A stretch of 64,000 nt of DNA from positions 10,120,243-10,184,242 of the forward strand of contig NC_052176.1 in NCBI RefSeq assembly GCF_902713615.1, in the 5' to 3' direction. Position numbers and translations under genes: made by a program. Of the stretch, positions 23,060-36,287 are shown piece after piece. The DNA is from Scyliorhinus canicula. Its lineage: Eukaryota. Below the pieces are notes generated by a model. It was not told where the DNA came from, did not search any database, and saw nothing but the letters and a program-made list of their open reading frames with translations. Each line of letters starts with the position of its first letter. Positions within the stretch are counted from its first letter, which is position 1.

Positions 23060-25460
23060 CTAATTAGATTCTAAAAGAGGGAATAGGTTTAGTTAGACCA
23101 TGGATGGCCAGCTGAGACCTGCTGCTTGCAGTTCCTGATCCCATGTGGGAACCTCTTGACCACTTCAGGTGTCTTGGGGACCAAATGTGTAGGAAGTGTC
23201 TCCAGCTGCTGCAGCTCAAGTTTAGAATTTCCGAGCTTGAGTGGCGGCTGGAGCCACTGCGGAGCATCCGGGAGGATCAGACATTCCTGGATCCTATGTC
23301 GCAGGAGGTGAAGATCCCAAAGACAAATAGAGAATACCCTGAAGGAACTATGGAGCGAGTTAAAACGCAGAGCCTTGAGAGGGTTAATCTCTGGATTACT
23401 GTCAGTGCCACGTGCTAAAGAGAGTAGAAATGTGGAGAACAGGAGCATCAATACATGGCTTGAGCCTGCACGGAGGGAGGGATTCAGATTAATGGGACAT
23501 TGGAACCAGTTATGGGCCAGGAAGCAGCTATTCACTGTCTATCTGCCTGATCGGGAGGGTCACTTGTGTGGGTCAGGAGGGTTTGAGCTAACCTGGTAGG
23601 AGGATGAGTACCAGTGCGGAGAAGTAGAAAAGAAGAATAAGTGGAGAAGAAAGTAGAACCGTATTTGACAGGAGTCGATGAAGTAGGAATCTAAGAGGAA
23701 TACATGGACAGGTTTAGAATGTGTGTGTGTAATCAGACAAAGTGTGGGAAATAAGATTGGTGAGCGAGAAGCACAAATTTCCAGGTGAGAATATGATGTA
23801 GTGACAATGATGAAATTGTGGTTTAAAATGGTGAGGATTGGGTGTTTAATGTTCAAGGATACAAAAAGATCAGAAACGATAGTGAAGAAAAAAAGGAAGG
23901 CGTGATGAGAGAGTGATAGAGGAATAAATCTGTACGGAAATCACAGAGATGTTTAAGAATTCTCCCCGTGTATGCGTGGGTTTCACCCCCACAACCCAAC
24001 GATGTGCAAGATAGGTAGATTGGCCACTCTAAATTGCCCCTTAATTGGAAAAAATAATTGGGTACTCTAAATTTATTTTTTAAAAAGAACAAGAGAGTGG
24101 CGAGATCCGGGATTTCTGAAATGTGTTCAGAAGAATTTGGTTGACCGAAATGTTCTCGGTCGAGCTCGGAAGGATGCATTGCTGGATCTGGTGCTGGGGA
24201 ATGAGGTGGGCCAATTCTGTACCTGTCAGTCTCTATTAGTGCAAGTGTGGAATTAACTCTGTCTCAATCTCGGTTACTGTGTGTGAGTGCACAATAACTC
24301 TTTCAGTCTCTGTGCCTGTGTTTCAGAGCAGAATCATTGCTCTGTCCAATTTGTTAGTGCGTATGAGAGTGGAATTAACTGTAAGTCTTTGATACTGCAT
24401 ATGAGTGAAGCACTAAATCAATCTGGGTCTCTGCTGGTGTAATGAAATGTAGAATTAAATCTCTGACAATGTGTTATTTTATGTGAGTCTGATATTACCT
24501 CTATCATTTATTACTCTATCTTCTATCCGCTATCTTCATTACTGTATTTCAGTGCGGCATCAACACTGTGTCAAACTCTTACTGTGTGTGAGTGAAATTC
24601 ACTCCCTATCAGGCAATCTATAATAATGTGTGTAATTAACTCGCTGTCTGTCAGTCTCTGTTGCTGTCTGTGTGTGGAATTCACTCTCTATTTGTCAATC
24701 TGTAATAAAGTGTGTAATTAACTCGCTGTCTGTCAGTCTCTGTTCCTGTCTGGAAGTGGGTCACTGTCAGGGTCACTGCCACAGGGTTCAGTGCTGGATT
24801 CTCAGTCAATTACAATCAATATTAATGACTCAACTGAAGGGACCGACTATCCCCAAAGTTTCAGACAATTCACAGATTAGTGGGAAAGTAGGTTGTGAGG
24901 AGGACAAGGAGTCTGCAAGGGGATATCGATAGGTTACTGAGTGGGCATTAATGTGGCAGATGGGATAAAATGTGGGAAATGTGAGGTCATCCAAGTTGTT
25001 GGGAAGAACAGGGAAAGAGAATATTAATTACAGGGAGAGAGGTGGCAGAATGTTGCAATACAGAGGAACCTGGCTGTCCTTGTACATGAATCACAACACG
25101 TTAATGTGCAGGAACAGGAAGTAATTAGGAAGACAAGTGGAATCTTGGCCATTGTTCCAAGGAATTTGGGTATAAAAATAGGGAGGTCTTGCTGAATCCA
25201 CAGCGAATGACTGAGATTACAGCAAGTATCCTGTGTAACATTTTGTCTCTTTAGTTTAGGAGGGATGAGGTATTGTCTTTTGTGGAAAGTTGAAGCAAAC
25301 TCGGCTGATCCTCATTGGAGTTGTGAAGAACGAGAGATGATCTTATTGAAATGTAAGATTCTGGCGGCGTTTGACAGGGTAGATGTTGAGAGGAATGTTT
25401 CCATTTGTGGGGAAACAGAACTAGAGACAGTTTAAAAATAAACCATCTCCCATTTAAGAT
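23060..25460 (+). mobile_element. Decayed CR1 LINE (ORF1 and ORF2 pieces) with SINE and satellite insertions
   Basis: ORF1-like MCRKCLQLLQL..RISELE and esterase-like INTWLE...EGFRLMGHW; RT 3' portion at 24770-25450. Confidence 0.7.
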
Positions 25461-25606
25461 GCCGATCATTGTGTCACAGAACTGCTACGACACAGGAGGA
25501 GGCCATTTGGCCCATCATGTCTGCACCAGCGGAAATCTCACTGAAACTGATCCAATTCAGCTGACAGCTTGGGGTTTGTCATTTGAAAGGTTTAAGAGGA
25601 ATAAAC

Positions 25607-25678
25607 TGCGATGGCCGGGAATTGAAGCCAGGTCAACTGCTTGGAAGGCAGCAATGCTCACCGCTGTCCCATAAATTG
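25607..25678 (-). pseudogene. tRNA-Gly(TCC) pseudogene
   Basis: TGCGATGGCCGGGAATTGAA...TCAACTGCTTGGAAGGCAGC.ATGCTCACC is the reverse complement of Gly-TCC; 5' end degraded. Confidence 0.75.
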
Positions 25679-25747
25679 TTCATAATACATTTTTAGAGAA
25701 TTCGCTGAAGGCCATTCAGCCCCTTTAACCTGCCCCACAAATAATCA

Positions 25748-25817
25748 TATCCAATGTGGGGATTGAACCCATGATTGTGAGAAGGGTCTGAAGCTCTACT
25801 AACTGAGCTAGCTGAGG
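25748..25817 (-). pseudogene. tRNA-Lys(CTT)-type pseudogene
   Basis: CCAATGTGGGGATTGAACCCATGA...GCTCTACTAACTGAGCTAGC resembles the reverse complement of Lys-CTT; anticodon loop deleted. Confidence 0.6.
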
Positions 25818-26089
25818 GAAAGAGAAATTCATTTTCTGAAAGTGTCCTTAATCATTGTAATTCCCTCCCCACGAGATTCTAGCCTGGGTTGGACAGAGTT
25901 TTGATCTACAAGTGAGTCAAGGGTTATGGGCCAAGGCAGGAAAGGGAAGCTGAGGCAATAATCAGACCAGCAATGAACTTATTGAATGACGGAGCAGAGC
26001 TAATGGGCTGAATGGCCTTCCCCTGCTACTAGTCCTTATGTTCTGATTTCCGTCAGTGTGGAGCTGGCTCTCTGTCTGTCAGTCTGTGT

Positions 26090-26570
26090 TACTGTGTTTC
26101 AGTGTGGAATTAACTCAGTCTGATACTGCATGTGTGTGGAGTAGATTCTCTGTCCATCACTTTTGTATGTGAGTGTGAAATGTCTCTGTTACTGTACAGG
26201 AAACAGTTAATCACCTTTTAGCAGAAATATTTGGGCCCTATTGGACTCAACTGTGCTCATGGTTAAACCCATCAGCTTTTCCTCCATCTACACTCCAGTT
26301 CAAAGTCAGACAACAAGAACATACCTCCAAAGAAAGTGAGGGACCGACTTCCACATCCAACATTCACCCTGATTCAAAAGTGTTCTTCATTTGTCTCTTT
26401 CTGTTCAGGTTCTCAGCAACACCTTCAATAATTCACAGTACAATCATGTGGACTCTGGAAATCTGAAACAAGGTTAACATTCTGGAGGAACACAACAGGT
26501 CAGGCAGCGTCTGTGGAGAGAGAAACAGAGTTCATGTTTCAGCTCAATGAGGATCAGCCTGGATTAAAAC
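26090..26570 (+). repeat. Local direct duplication with ~29240-29740
   Basis: Shared CACTCCAGTTCAAAGTCAGACAACAAGAACATACCTCCAAAGAAAGTGAGGGACCGAC...GGATCAGCCTGGA. Confidence 0.85.
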
Positions 26571-26861
26571 TCTTCCTGATATCTGCTAATGGTGGCCACA
26601 GTTCCTCCAATTCTGTGCCCCCAGAAAGTGCTTTATCCAACACGCTGAGTTGCGCAGGCACTGAGAGTGGGAATGTTCCCCATGGCAGCCCCACGCAGGG
26701 AAATCTGTGTATGAACTTTCCCCACTGCCATTTGTGAGCATGGGATTCACTCTCTATCTATCAATCTATAATAATGTCTGCAACTAATTCTGCCTGGCAG
26801 TCTCTGTTCTTAAATGTCTGTGTAGAATTTGTTCGATCGATCAATCTATAATAATCTAGCC

Positions 26862-28025
26862 ATGATGTGGAGATGCCGGCGTTGGACTGGGTTGGCACAG
26901 TAAGAAGTCTTACAACACCAGGTTAAAGTCCAACAGGTTTGTTTGGAATCACTAGCTTTCGAAGCGCTGCCCGGAGCACTCACCTGAGCAGGGACCAGCT
27001 GCTCAGAGCACTCACCTGAGCAGGTACCAGCTGCTCAGAGCACTCACCTGAGCAGGTACCAGCTGCTCAGAGCACTCACCTGAGCAGGGACCAGCTGCTC
27101 AGAGCACTCACCTGAGCAGGGACCAGCTGCTCAGAGCATTCACCTGAGCAGGGACCAGCTGCTCAGAGCACTCACCTCAGCAGGGACCAGCTGCTCAGAG
27201 CACTCACCTGAGCAGGGACCAGCTGCTCAGAGCACTCACCTGAGCAGGGACCAGCTGCTCAGAGCACTCACCTGAGCAGGGACCAGCTGCTCAGAGCACT
27301 CACCTCAGCAGGTACCAGCTACTCAGAGCACTCACCTGAGCAGGGAACAGCTGCCCGGAGCACTCACCTGAGCAGGGACCAGCTGCTCAGAGCACTCACC
27401 TGCGCAGGGACCAGCTGCTCAGAGCACTCACCTGAGCAGGGACCAACTGCTCAGAGCACTCACCTGCGCAGGGACCAGCTGCTCAGAGCACTCACCTGAG
27501 CAGGTACCAGCTGCTCAGAGCACTCACCTGAGCAGGGACCAGCTGCTCAGAGCACTCCCCTGAGCAGGGACCAGCTGCTCAGAGCACTCACCTGAGCAGG
27601 GACCAGCTGCTCAGAGCACTCACCTGAGCAGGGACCAGCTGCTCAGAGCACTCACCTGAGCAGGGACCAGCTGCTCAGAGCACTCACCTGAGCAGGGACC
27701 AGCTGCTCAGAGCACTCACCTGAGCAGGGACCAGCTGCTCAGAGCACTCCCCTGAGCAGGGACCAGCTGCTCAGAGCACTCCCCTGAGCAGGGACCAGCT
27801 GCTCAGAGCACTCACCTGAGCAGGGACCAGCTGCTCAGAGCACTCACCTGAGCAGGGACCAGCTGCTCAGAGCACTCACCTGAGCAGGGACCAGCTGCTC
27901 AGAGCACTCACCTGAGCAGGGACCAGCTGCTCAGAGCACTCACCTGAGCAGGTACCAGTGCTCCAAAAGCTAGTGATTTGAAACAAACCTGTTGAACTTT
28001 AACCTGGTGTTGAAAGACTTCTTAC
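26862..28025. mobile_element. Inverted (palindromic) Penelope pLTR-derived insertion with a central minisatellite
   Basis: Left arm ATGATGTGGAGATGCCGGCG...CACTAGCTTTCG and right arm AAAGCTAGTG...AAGACTTCTTAC are reverse complements; same family as 36288 and 37445. Confidence 0.8.
26974..27958. repeat. 32-bp hairpin minisatellite (CACTCACCTGAGCAGGGACCAGCTGCTCAGAG)n, about 31 units
   Basis: 32-bp periodicity; each unit contains an 8-bp stem CTGAGCAG/CTGCTCAG. Confidence 0.95.
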
Positions 28026-28155
28026 GATAATAATGTATGTAACTAACTCACTGTCTGTCAGTCTCTATTGCTGTATGTGAGTGTAGAATTCAGTCATTAT
28101 CTCTTAATCTATAATAATATGGTTAACTAACTGTCAGTCTTGGCTACTGTATGTG

Positions 28156-28806
28156 AACAAGAACAAAGAAAATTACAGCACAGGAACAGGCCCTTCGGCC
28201 CTCCCAGCCTGCGCCGATCCAGATCCTTTATCTAAACCTGTCTCCTATTTTCCAAGGTCTACTTCCCTCTGTTGCCGCCCATTCATATACCTGTCGAGAT
28301 GACTCTTAAATGATGTTATCGTGCCTGCTTCTACCACCTCCGCTGGTAAAGCGTTCCAGGCACCCACCACCCTCTGCGTAAAAAACGTTCCACGCACATC
28401 TCCCTTAAACTTTCCCCCTCTCACCTTGAAATCGTGACCCCTTGCGGGCATGAAATTCACTCTCAGTTGTCAATTTATAATAATCATAGAATCCTTCCAA
28501 TGGAGAATAAAGCCATTTGGCCCATCAAGTCATTACCAATCACCCGAAAGAGCACTCTTCCTTGGCCCATTCCTTCCCTACCCCATAACTCCACATAACC
28601 TGCACATCCCTGGATATTGTGGGGCAATTTAGCATGGCCAATCCACCTATCTTTGGACTGTGGCAGGAAACTGGTGCACCCAGAGGAAATCCATGCAGAC
28701 AAGGGGAAATTGTGCAAACTCCACACAGGCAGTCACCCAAGATCGGAATCAAAACTGTGTCCTTGACGCTGTGAAGCGCTGTGCTAACCACTGTGCCACC
28801 ATGCTG
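28156..28806 (-). mobile_element. CR1 3' end (28156-28445) and HE1-like SINE (~28487-28806)
   Basis: RGHDFKV..GKFKGDVRGTFFTQRVVGAWNALP motif; SINE V-domain. Confidence 0.8.
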
Positions 28807-30179
28807 CAAACAGTATGTGTAACTAATTCACTGTCGAACGATCTCTGTTATAGTACATGATTGTGTAATTCACTCTTTGTTTATGAATCATTAATTTGTG
28901 TGAAATTTACTATCTGTCCATCAATCTCTGTTACTGCACAGGAGTGTAGAATTTAGTCTCTATCTGTCAATTTATAAAATTTGTGTAATTAACTCTCTGT
29001 CTGTTTCTGTTCCTGTATGTGTGTGGAATTCACTCTCTATTTGTCAATCTATAATAATGTGCGTAATGAACTCTCTGTCCATCAGTCCCTGTTAATGTAT
29101 GTGAGTGGAATTCAGTCTCCATCTGTGAATATGTAATAATGTTTGTTATTACCACTCAGTATGTCAGTCTCTGCTCCTGTCTGAAGGTGGAATTCTGTCG
29201 ATCTGTAATCATGTGTTACAATTCAATCACTGTCATAATCAGTGTGGAATTTAGTCACTGTTAATCATCAACAATGTATGGAATTAATTTTATGTTACTG
29301 CATGTATCTGGAGTAGATTCTCTGTCCATCATTTATTGTATGTGAGTGTGCAATGTCTCTGTCACTGTACAGGGAACAGTTAATTTTGTTTTATCAGAAA
29401 TGTTTGGGCCCTATTGGTCTCAAATGTACCCAGTGTTAAACCACCAGCTTCTCCTCCATCGACACTCCAGTTCAAAGTCAGACAACAAGAACATACCTCC
29501 AAAGAAAGTGAGGGACCGACTTCCACATCCAACATCCACCCTGATTCAAAAGGGTTCTTCATTCGTCTCTTTCTGTTCTCAGTTTCTTAGCCACACCTTC
29601 AATAATTCACAGTACAATCATGTGCACACTGGAAATCTGAAACAAGGTGATCATTCTGGAACTGCACAACTGTTCAGGCAGCGTCTGTGGAGAGAGAAAC
29701 AGAGTTCATGTTTCAGCTCACTGAGGATCAGCCTGGAATAAAAGCAGAAACCATTGGACGTTTGAAATCCGAAATAAGCAGAGAAAAGGCTGGAAAAGAA
29801 ACCTGAGCAGATTGAGCAGCCTGTGTGTGGAGAGATAAAGAGAGTTAGTGTTTCAGCTCTGTGAGCTCTGATCAGAAGTGGGAAAAGTTTCAGATGTAAT
29901 AGGTTTGAAAGAAGGGCCGAGTGGGCCAAGGACAAAAGGAAGGTGTGTGATGGTGTGGAAGAGAGGAGAGAGTGAGTGAGAGAAAAGTGAGTTGTCCAGG
30001 GCCAAAGGGAATGGAGATGGAGGAAGAACAGAAAGAAAAGCTGAGTCTGGAGCAGGTGAGCTGCGAAGTGAAATCAATGCAATGAAAGAAAAGGAAAGAA
30101 AGTGGAGGAGAGTTTGCGCTGTGAAATGGTTCAGCTCAATGTTTCTCTCAGTCGCCTTCAGTCTGCAATAAGCATCCGC

Positions 30180-30420
30180 TTCATGGAGCCTCTGCCCCGG
30201 CTCCCTCCCCGCACATCCGCCGGAACCGGCAGCTCTGACCCGGCCTCTGAGACTCAGTGCTACTGCGGCTGCGCACGGCCCTGCTCAGCTTCCAGGAGCC
30301 GCACCGCGCATGCTCCGCCCATACTGGCAGGTTTCCGGGGCGGGGCTCTACCTTGCGCCTACGCAGTGCGGACAATCTGAATGAAATAGCCCTGATTCTC
30401 CCCCGCGCGGCATTCTGGGT
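30180..30420. promoter_or_regulatory. Small CpG-rich promoter-like island
   Basis: High CpG density, GC boxes (CCGCCC, GGGGCGGGGC), NRF1-like GCGCATGC and TGCGCCTACGCA, ETS-like CCGGAA. Confidence 0.45.
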
Positions 30421-31577
30421 CATTCTGTTCACCATTTTAGGGAATAGTGTCGCAGGTGGGGTTATGTTTCAACTTGTCTTATCTGTCCTAACTATTTCGT
30501 CGCGAATCAATGAAACTCCTGTTCCTGACCTGAACCTCACGAACCTCATGAAAATATCTTCCTTTCTGTATTTGTTGAATTATTTTGAAATTTATTATCA
30601 TAATAATAATTAGTAATAACAATAAATATTACTAAGAAATTAATAATTAATAAATTTACAATCGATGTTAATAATAAAATATAATAATAATATTAGTCTG
30701 AGTCTGAACTATTTCAAACTGCATTTTCAGGATCACAACAACTCGCTGTCTATGTAAAGAATAAATGTTTCCTCATTGCATTTATTTTTAGCCAATCATG
30801 ATAAATCTATCTCCTCATGTCGTCACAGGAACAGTTTATGCCCATTTAATATTTTAAAACTGTTCATGGTTTTCACCTCGATCAAACCTCCTCTTAACCT
30901 TAGTGCAAATGCGGAATACCAGGAATGCTTGAACAATGAATTAAAATTCCAAAAACTCTGAGTACACAACAAGCCAGCACCTGTGAACACATACAGAGTT
31001 AATGTTTTATGATTCAGCTCAAAGTCTGCCAAGCGGTATTTGTCGAGAAAGCTATAATTAGGGGAACTGATAGCATCCTTTGGAAATAGGACCGAAAGTG
31101 CCGCATGGTATGTTATCTGCCCCGTGCTAGGGTGAGGGACATCTCTAACCAGCTCAAAGCATATTGGATGGGAGAGAGAGGATCCAGTTGTTGTGGTCCA
31201 CTTTGGGGAAAGAGAACCTGTTTGGGGATTATCAGGAACGAGGAACAAAAGTTAAAGAGCAGGTCCTCAAGATTTCTCATCTCTGGATTACAACCCTTTG
31301 CAAATTGGCAAAGGGATGAGAATATTCGGAGTAAACACGTGGCTAAAGGAGTGGTGGAGGAATAAGGGTTCCATTTCATGGGGCACTGGCATCAGTGTTC
31401 AGACACGAGGGATGTGTACCGTTGGAATAGTCTCCACCAGAATCAAAGTGGAATCAGTGTTCTGGCGGAAAGGATAAAGTAATAAAAGCACCTAGGAAGC
31501 CTGATGAATCACACCTGAAGTGACGGCCCTTGTGTTCATACCAGCCATGTTCAACATTAACGTTATTTTTTTTTTAA

Positions 31578-31875
31578 CAGTACAGCACAGAACAGGCTCT
31601 TCGGCCCTCGATGTTGTGCCGAGCAATGATCACCCTACTTAAACCCACGTAACCCGTATACCCGTAACCCAACAATCCCCCCATTAACCTTACACTACGG
31701 GCAATTTAGCATGGCCAATCCACCTAACCCGCACATCTTTGGACTGTGGGAGGAAACCGGAGCACCCGGAGGAAACCCACGCACACACGGGTGTGCAGAC
31801 TCCACACAGACAGTGATCCAGCCTGGAATCGAACCTGGGACCCTGGAGCTGTGAAGCATTGATGCTAACCACCAT
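31578..31875 (-). mobile_element. HE1-like SINE
   Basis: Typical head, V-domain and tail on the minus strand. Confidence 0.8.
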
Positions 31876-32659
31876 ATAAGGTGCTTATATGTCAGGTGCT
31901 TATATATAAGGTGCTTACATGTCAGGTGAGCTTTGTAATACACTTTGTAGTTTCTAAGGCCTGGCCCATAACAAATGGAAGGTTAAAACTCCAAGAAGTA
32001 TAATGGTTAATGGGAACCAAAGTTGCAGATCGGAATGTTGGGGCTGAGTGTTATCAGAGATAAATAAAGCAGGTAATGACGAGTGAAAAGTGTAGTGCAC
32101 AAGATAATCCTGCAAGGGAAAGACAAATCAGTAGACATATTTTGAAACCTTCTACCTATATGCACGCAGTTTTCGTAATATTATCAATGAGCTGACAACA
32201 CAAATACAGACAAATAGGTATGATGTGGTGGGGATTACTGAAACATGGTTGCAGGGGATCAGAACTGGACGAATAATGTCCAATGTCCAGTATTCCGAAA
32301 GGATAGACAGGACACAACAGGAGGTGGGGTTGTTTTATTGCTTCAAGGTGACATCCAGGCTGTATTAAGAAATGATATTGGCACTAAGGGCCAAAAGGTT
32401 GAATCGATCTGGGTGGTAATAAAAAAGCAAGGGCAAAAACTTGTTTTTAACGGCGCCCGAGCAATCTTCCAAAGTGAGAGGTAGTATAAACCAAAATATA
32501 ATGAGTGCTTGTGAGGAAACAGCCGTAATCATGGGTGATTTTAATATGCATATTGACTGGATTAATCAAGTTGGCAAGGGTAGCCTCTAGGAAATGTTAT
32601 AGAGTGTACAAGGGATTGTTTCTGAGAGCAATATGTTATGGGACTGTAGGATGGGATTC

Positions 32660-33377
32660 CGATCACCATCCACACTAGAAATTCGCTGATGCAGTCACAT
32701 TGGGGAGAGGCCATACACCTGCTCCGAGTGTGGGAAGGGATTCACTCACGTATCCAACCTGCTGAAACACCAGTGAAGTCACACTCTGGAACGACCTTAC
32801 ACCTGTTCCATGTGTCAGAAAGGATTCACCACGACCTCCAATCTGTCCGCACACTAGTGAGTTCACACTGGGGAGAGGCCATTCATCTGCTCTGTGTGTC
32901 AGAGGGGGTTTCAAAACCACATCCAACCTATTCACACACCAGCGAGTTCACACTGGGGAGACACCATTCACCTGCTCTGTGTGTGTGAAGGGATTCACTC
33001 AGTCATGTCAGCTAACTGAACAGCAACTTGTTCATACTGACCAGAGACCATTTCAATGTCCTGAGTGTGAGAAAAGCTTTAAAAGCATAAAGCAGCTGCT
33101 GGAACACCAACAGCCTCACACTGGGGAGAGGCCATTCCCCTGCTCTGTGTGTGGGAAAGTATTTCCTCGGTTATTCCATCTGCAGCAACACCAACTAGTT
33201 CACAGTGATCAGAGACCTTTCCAATGTCCTGACTGTGAGAAGAGGTTTAAAAGGAGCAATGATCTGCGGCAACACCAACACACTCACTCTGGAGAGAGGC
33301 AATTCCCCTGCTCCGTGTGTGGGAAGGGATTCACTCGGCCATCCAATCGGCTGCATAATCAGCGAGTTCACATGTGA
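32660..33377 (+). pseudogene. C2H2 zinc-finger gene remnant (4-5 fingers in frame at 32979-33377, frameshifted fingers upstream)
   Basis: Repeated HTGERPF.C..C.K.F....L..H...H motifs; upstream fingers change frame. Confidence 0.8.
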
Positions 33378-36031
33378 GTGCCGGGTTTGGATTCTGCTAT
33401 TAATCAGACTGAATCCTTATCACGCTGACTGTCAGAGTTTAATTGTTGTGTTCTGAATCTCTCCTAAAATTGTCCTGTAAATTTTGAGGTCTATTAAATC
33501 AATTATTCTTGTTTGAAATGCACACTATTTTGAGTTCTTAAATTCTCAAAGATAAGTGGAGATGAATTGATGTCCGGTTACTGACTGTTCTATTGTTCAA
33601 TTTTTGCTCATTTCCAACTCTGAAATTATTTCAGTTTTCCTCCCTTCAATTACTGTCAGAGACAAGTGTCATCGCCTCATACCTTCCAGAGTGTCTCACA
33701 GCCTTGGGATTCAGGGAAGGGGGTCAGTAACATTCCCCGGGTTTCTAAACACAATACCCAATCTATGAATCATTTTCAGCTCCTGGACTTACTGTGTGTA
33801 CCAAAGCATCTCTCTCACCTTTAATTTATTTTCTGAACACATCAACACACTTACAATGATAACAGCAAATTACTGCGGGTGCTGGAATCTGAAACAAAAC
33901 CAGAAAATGCTGGACGATCACAGCAGGTCTGACAGCATCTGTGGAGAGAGAAGGGAGCTAACGTTTCTAGTCTGAATGAATCAGCTTTGGCAGAGAAAGT
34001 AGAATGGGAAAGGTGGCCATTCCAAGGTTTGCAAGGGAAATTGGAGACAGTATTTGATCCAAGGAAGGAGCCCACAAAGTGACCGGGAAAACCAACAGGT
34101 CTGAGGATTGGGAGAAGTTTAGAATTCAGCAAAGAAGGTCCAAGGGATTGATTAAGAAAGGGAAAATATAGTACGAGAGTAATGTTGCAGGGAATATAAC
34201 AGACTGTAATACTATCTATAGGTCCATAGAACATACAGTGCAGAAGGAAGCCATTGAGTCTGCAGCGACCCACTGAAGCCCTCACTTCCAACCTATCCCC
34301 GTAACCCAATAACCCCAACTAACCTTTTTGGTCACAAAGGGCTATTTGTCATGGCCAATCCACTTAACCTGCACGTCTTTGGACTGTGGGAGGAAACCAG
34401 AGCACCTGGAGGAAACCCATGCAGACACCGGGAGAATGTGAAGACTCCGCACAGTGACTCAGTGGGGAATTGAACCTGGGACACTGGCGCTGTGAAGCCA
34501 CAGTGCTAGCCACTTGTGCTACCGTGCTGCCCAGAAGATAAAAATATTGGTGAAGACAAAAGTAGATCCTTTACATTCAGAAACAGGAGAATGTATAATA
34601 GACGATAAAGAAATCTCTGAACAGCTAAATACATACTTTGGTTCTGTCTTCACAAATGAAAACACAAATAAGAGTCGGACTTAATGCCTATTTTTCAAAT
34701 TGGCAGGCAGTGAGTGGTGGGGCACCGCAGGGATCGCTCCAGCTGATCACAATATATGATTTTGAGGAAGGAAAAAATGTAACATCTCCATATTTGCAGA
34801 TGGCACCATGTTTGGTGGGAGGCTGAGCTGTGAGGAGGATGCAGAGATCCTTCAGAGTGATTTGGACAAGTTGAGTGAGTGGGAAAATGAATGGCAGATG
34901 CAGTATAATTTGGATAAATACGAAGTCACCTACTGTGGCAGCAAAAACGAGGTAGCAGACGATTATCTGTATGGCTATAAATTAGGAGAGAGGATGCGGA
35001 ACAAGAGCTGGGTGTCCTCGTACACCAGTCACTGAAGGTAAGCATGCAGGTACAGCAAGCGGATGGTATGTTGGACTTCATTGCGAGAGGTTTTGAGTAC
35101 AGGAGCAGGGATGTTTTGTTGTAATTATCCAGGGCCTTGGTGAGGCCACACCTGGAATATTATGTGAGTTTTAGGATTGCCATTCTGTGGCACTGACTGT
35201 GATGGTTAGTTTAATTCTGTATCTGTCAGTGTTGGACATTAGTTCTGCAGTCACCAGTGTCTGAGTCACTGTATGAAAATTCCCTCTATCATTTACCACC
35301 ATTGGAAATGGAAGTCTGGTCAGAAATTATCTGTCACTGTCACAAACTCCATTATCAGCGAGTGGACTGCAGCGGTTCAAGAAGGCAGCTCAGCACCACC
35401 TCCTCAAGGGCAATTAGGGATGGACAATAAATGCTGATCCTGCCAGCGACGCCCACATTCCATGAATGAATTAAAAGACAATCTGCGGGCTCCGGGCCTC
35501 AGTGTGTTTAACAGTTACTGAGGTGAAAACTGGAACTAACCCCCTGGAATCCGGAGCAAAGCCGGAAAGGAGGAGACATTCCATCCTGGGAGATTCCATT
35601 TGGTGTGTGAATGTGTAGATGTGAATATTGTGTGAGAGAGAGTGTATGAAGGGGCGGGTGGGTCTGACTAATGGAACTGTGTTTGTGTGTCTGTTCTGAT
35701 CAGGAGATCTCACAGTCTCTCTTATGGAAAATAAAATGATTTTTCAATCAAAGGATCCCCTTAATGTTCTGCTCAGTCCCAAAGTTTGATTTCAGGACAA
35801 TGGTTTTGTTAAATTGAAGATTTGAGTGGAAAAGTAGAGAACATGTCAGCTATCGCGTGTGAGAGCGAGATCAGTGCAGCAGTAAAACGGGGTTAAATGG
35901 AAAATGGAGACCTCAATTCGAGTGAAAGCTTTTCAACAGCAAACATTGGAGTGTGGGAGACATGAAGGATGCAGCCTGGATCTGTGGAGAATGGGAATTT
36001 GAGTGGAATTGGAGAGTTTGCGAGGAGAGAG

Positions 36032-36038
36032 AAACACA
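36032..36038 (+). promoter_or_regulatory. H1 box (AAACACA)
   Basis: Conserved H1 promoter heptamer ~140 bp upstream of the H1 ATG. Confidence 0.55.
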
Positions 36039-36287
36039 GAGAGGCTGGAGGAGCCGGCAGCTGACAGCAGCTCTCTGCTCCGTCCGCTCTCTGCCTTTAA
36101 GTTGCTCTGTGCCGCCACCACTGGTTTCATTCCTGATCCAGTTCTGACTGTCACACATTTTCTACACAGTCTCGGATATGACTGAAACTGCAGCCGCCCA
36201 AACGGCTCCTCCAGCCGCTCCTGCTCCAGGCAAATCCCCCAGGAAGAAGAAGGCGGCTCCCCGATCTAAGGCAGCCGCTCCCAAGTT

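Larger units (their letters stand above)
31050..35170 (+). mobile_element. Fragmented CR1 LINE (ORF1 esterase ~31050-31480, APE ~32140-32650, RT ~34000-35170) with a SINE at ~34226-34532
   Basis: VCYLPRARVRDIS, GITETW, FRKDR...GGGV and EILQSDLDKLSEW..EWQMQYN motifs. Confidence 0.7.

Noticed and set aside
26974-27958. CRISPR-like array of 32-bp palindromic repeats
   Set aside because: Units are head-to-tail with no unique spacers, there are no cas genes, and the DNA is eukaryotic; it is a minisatellite
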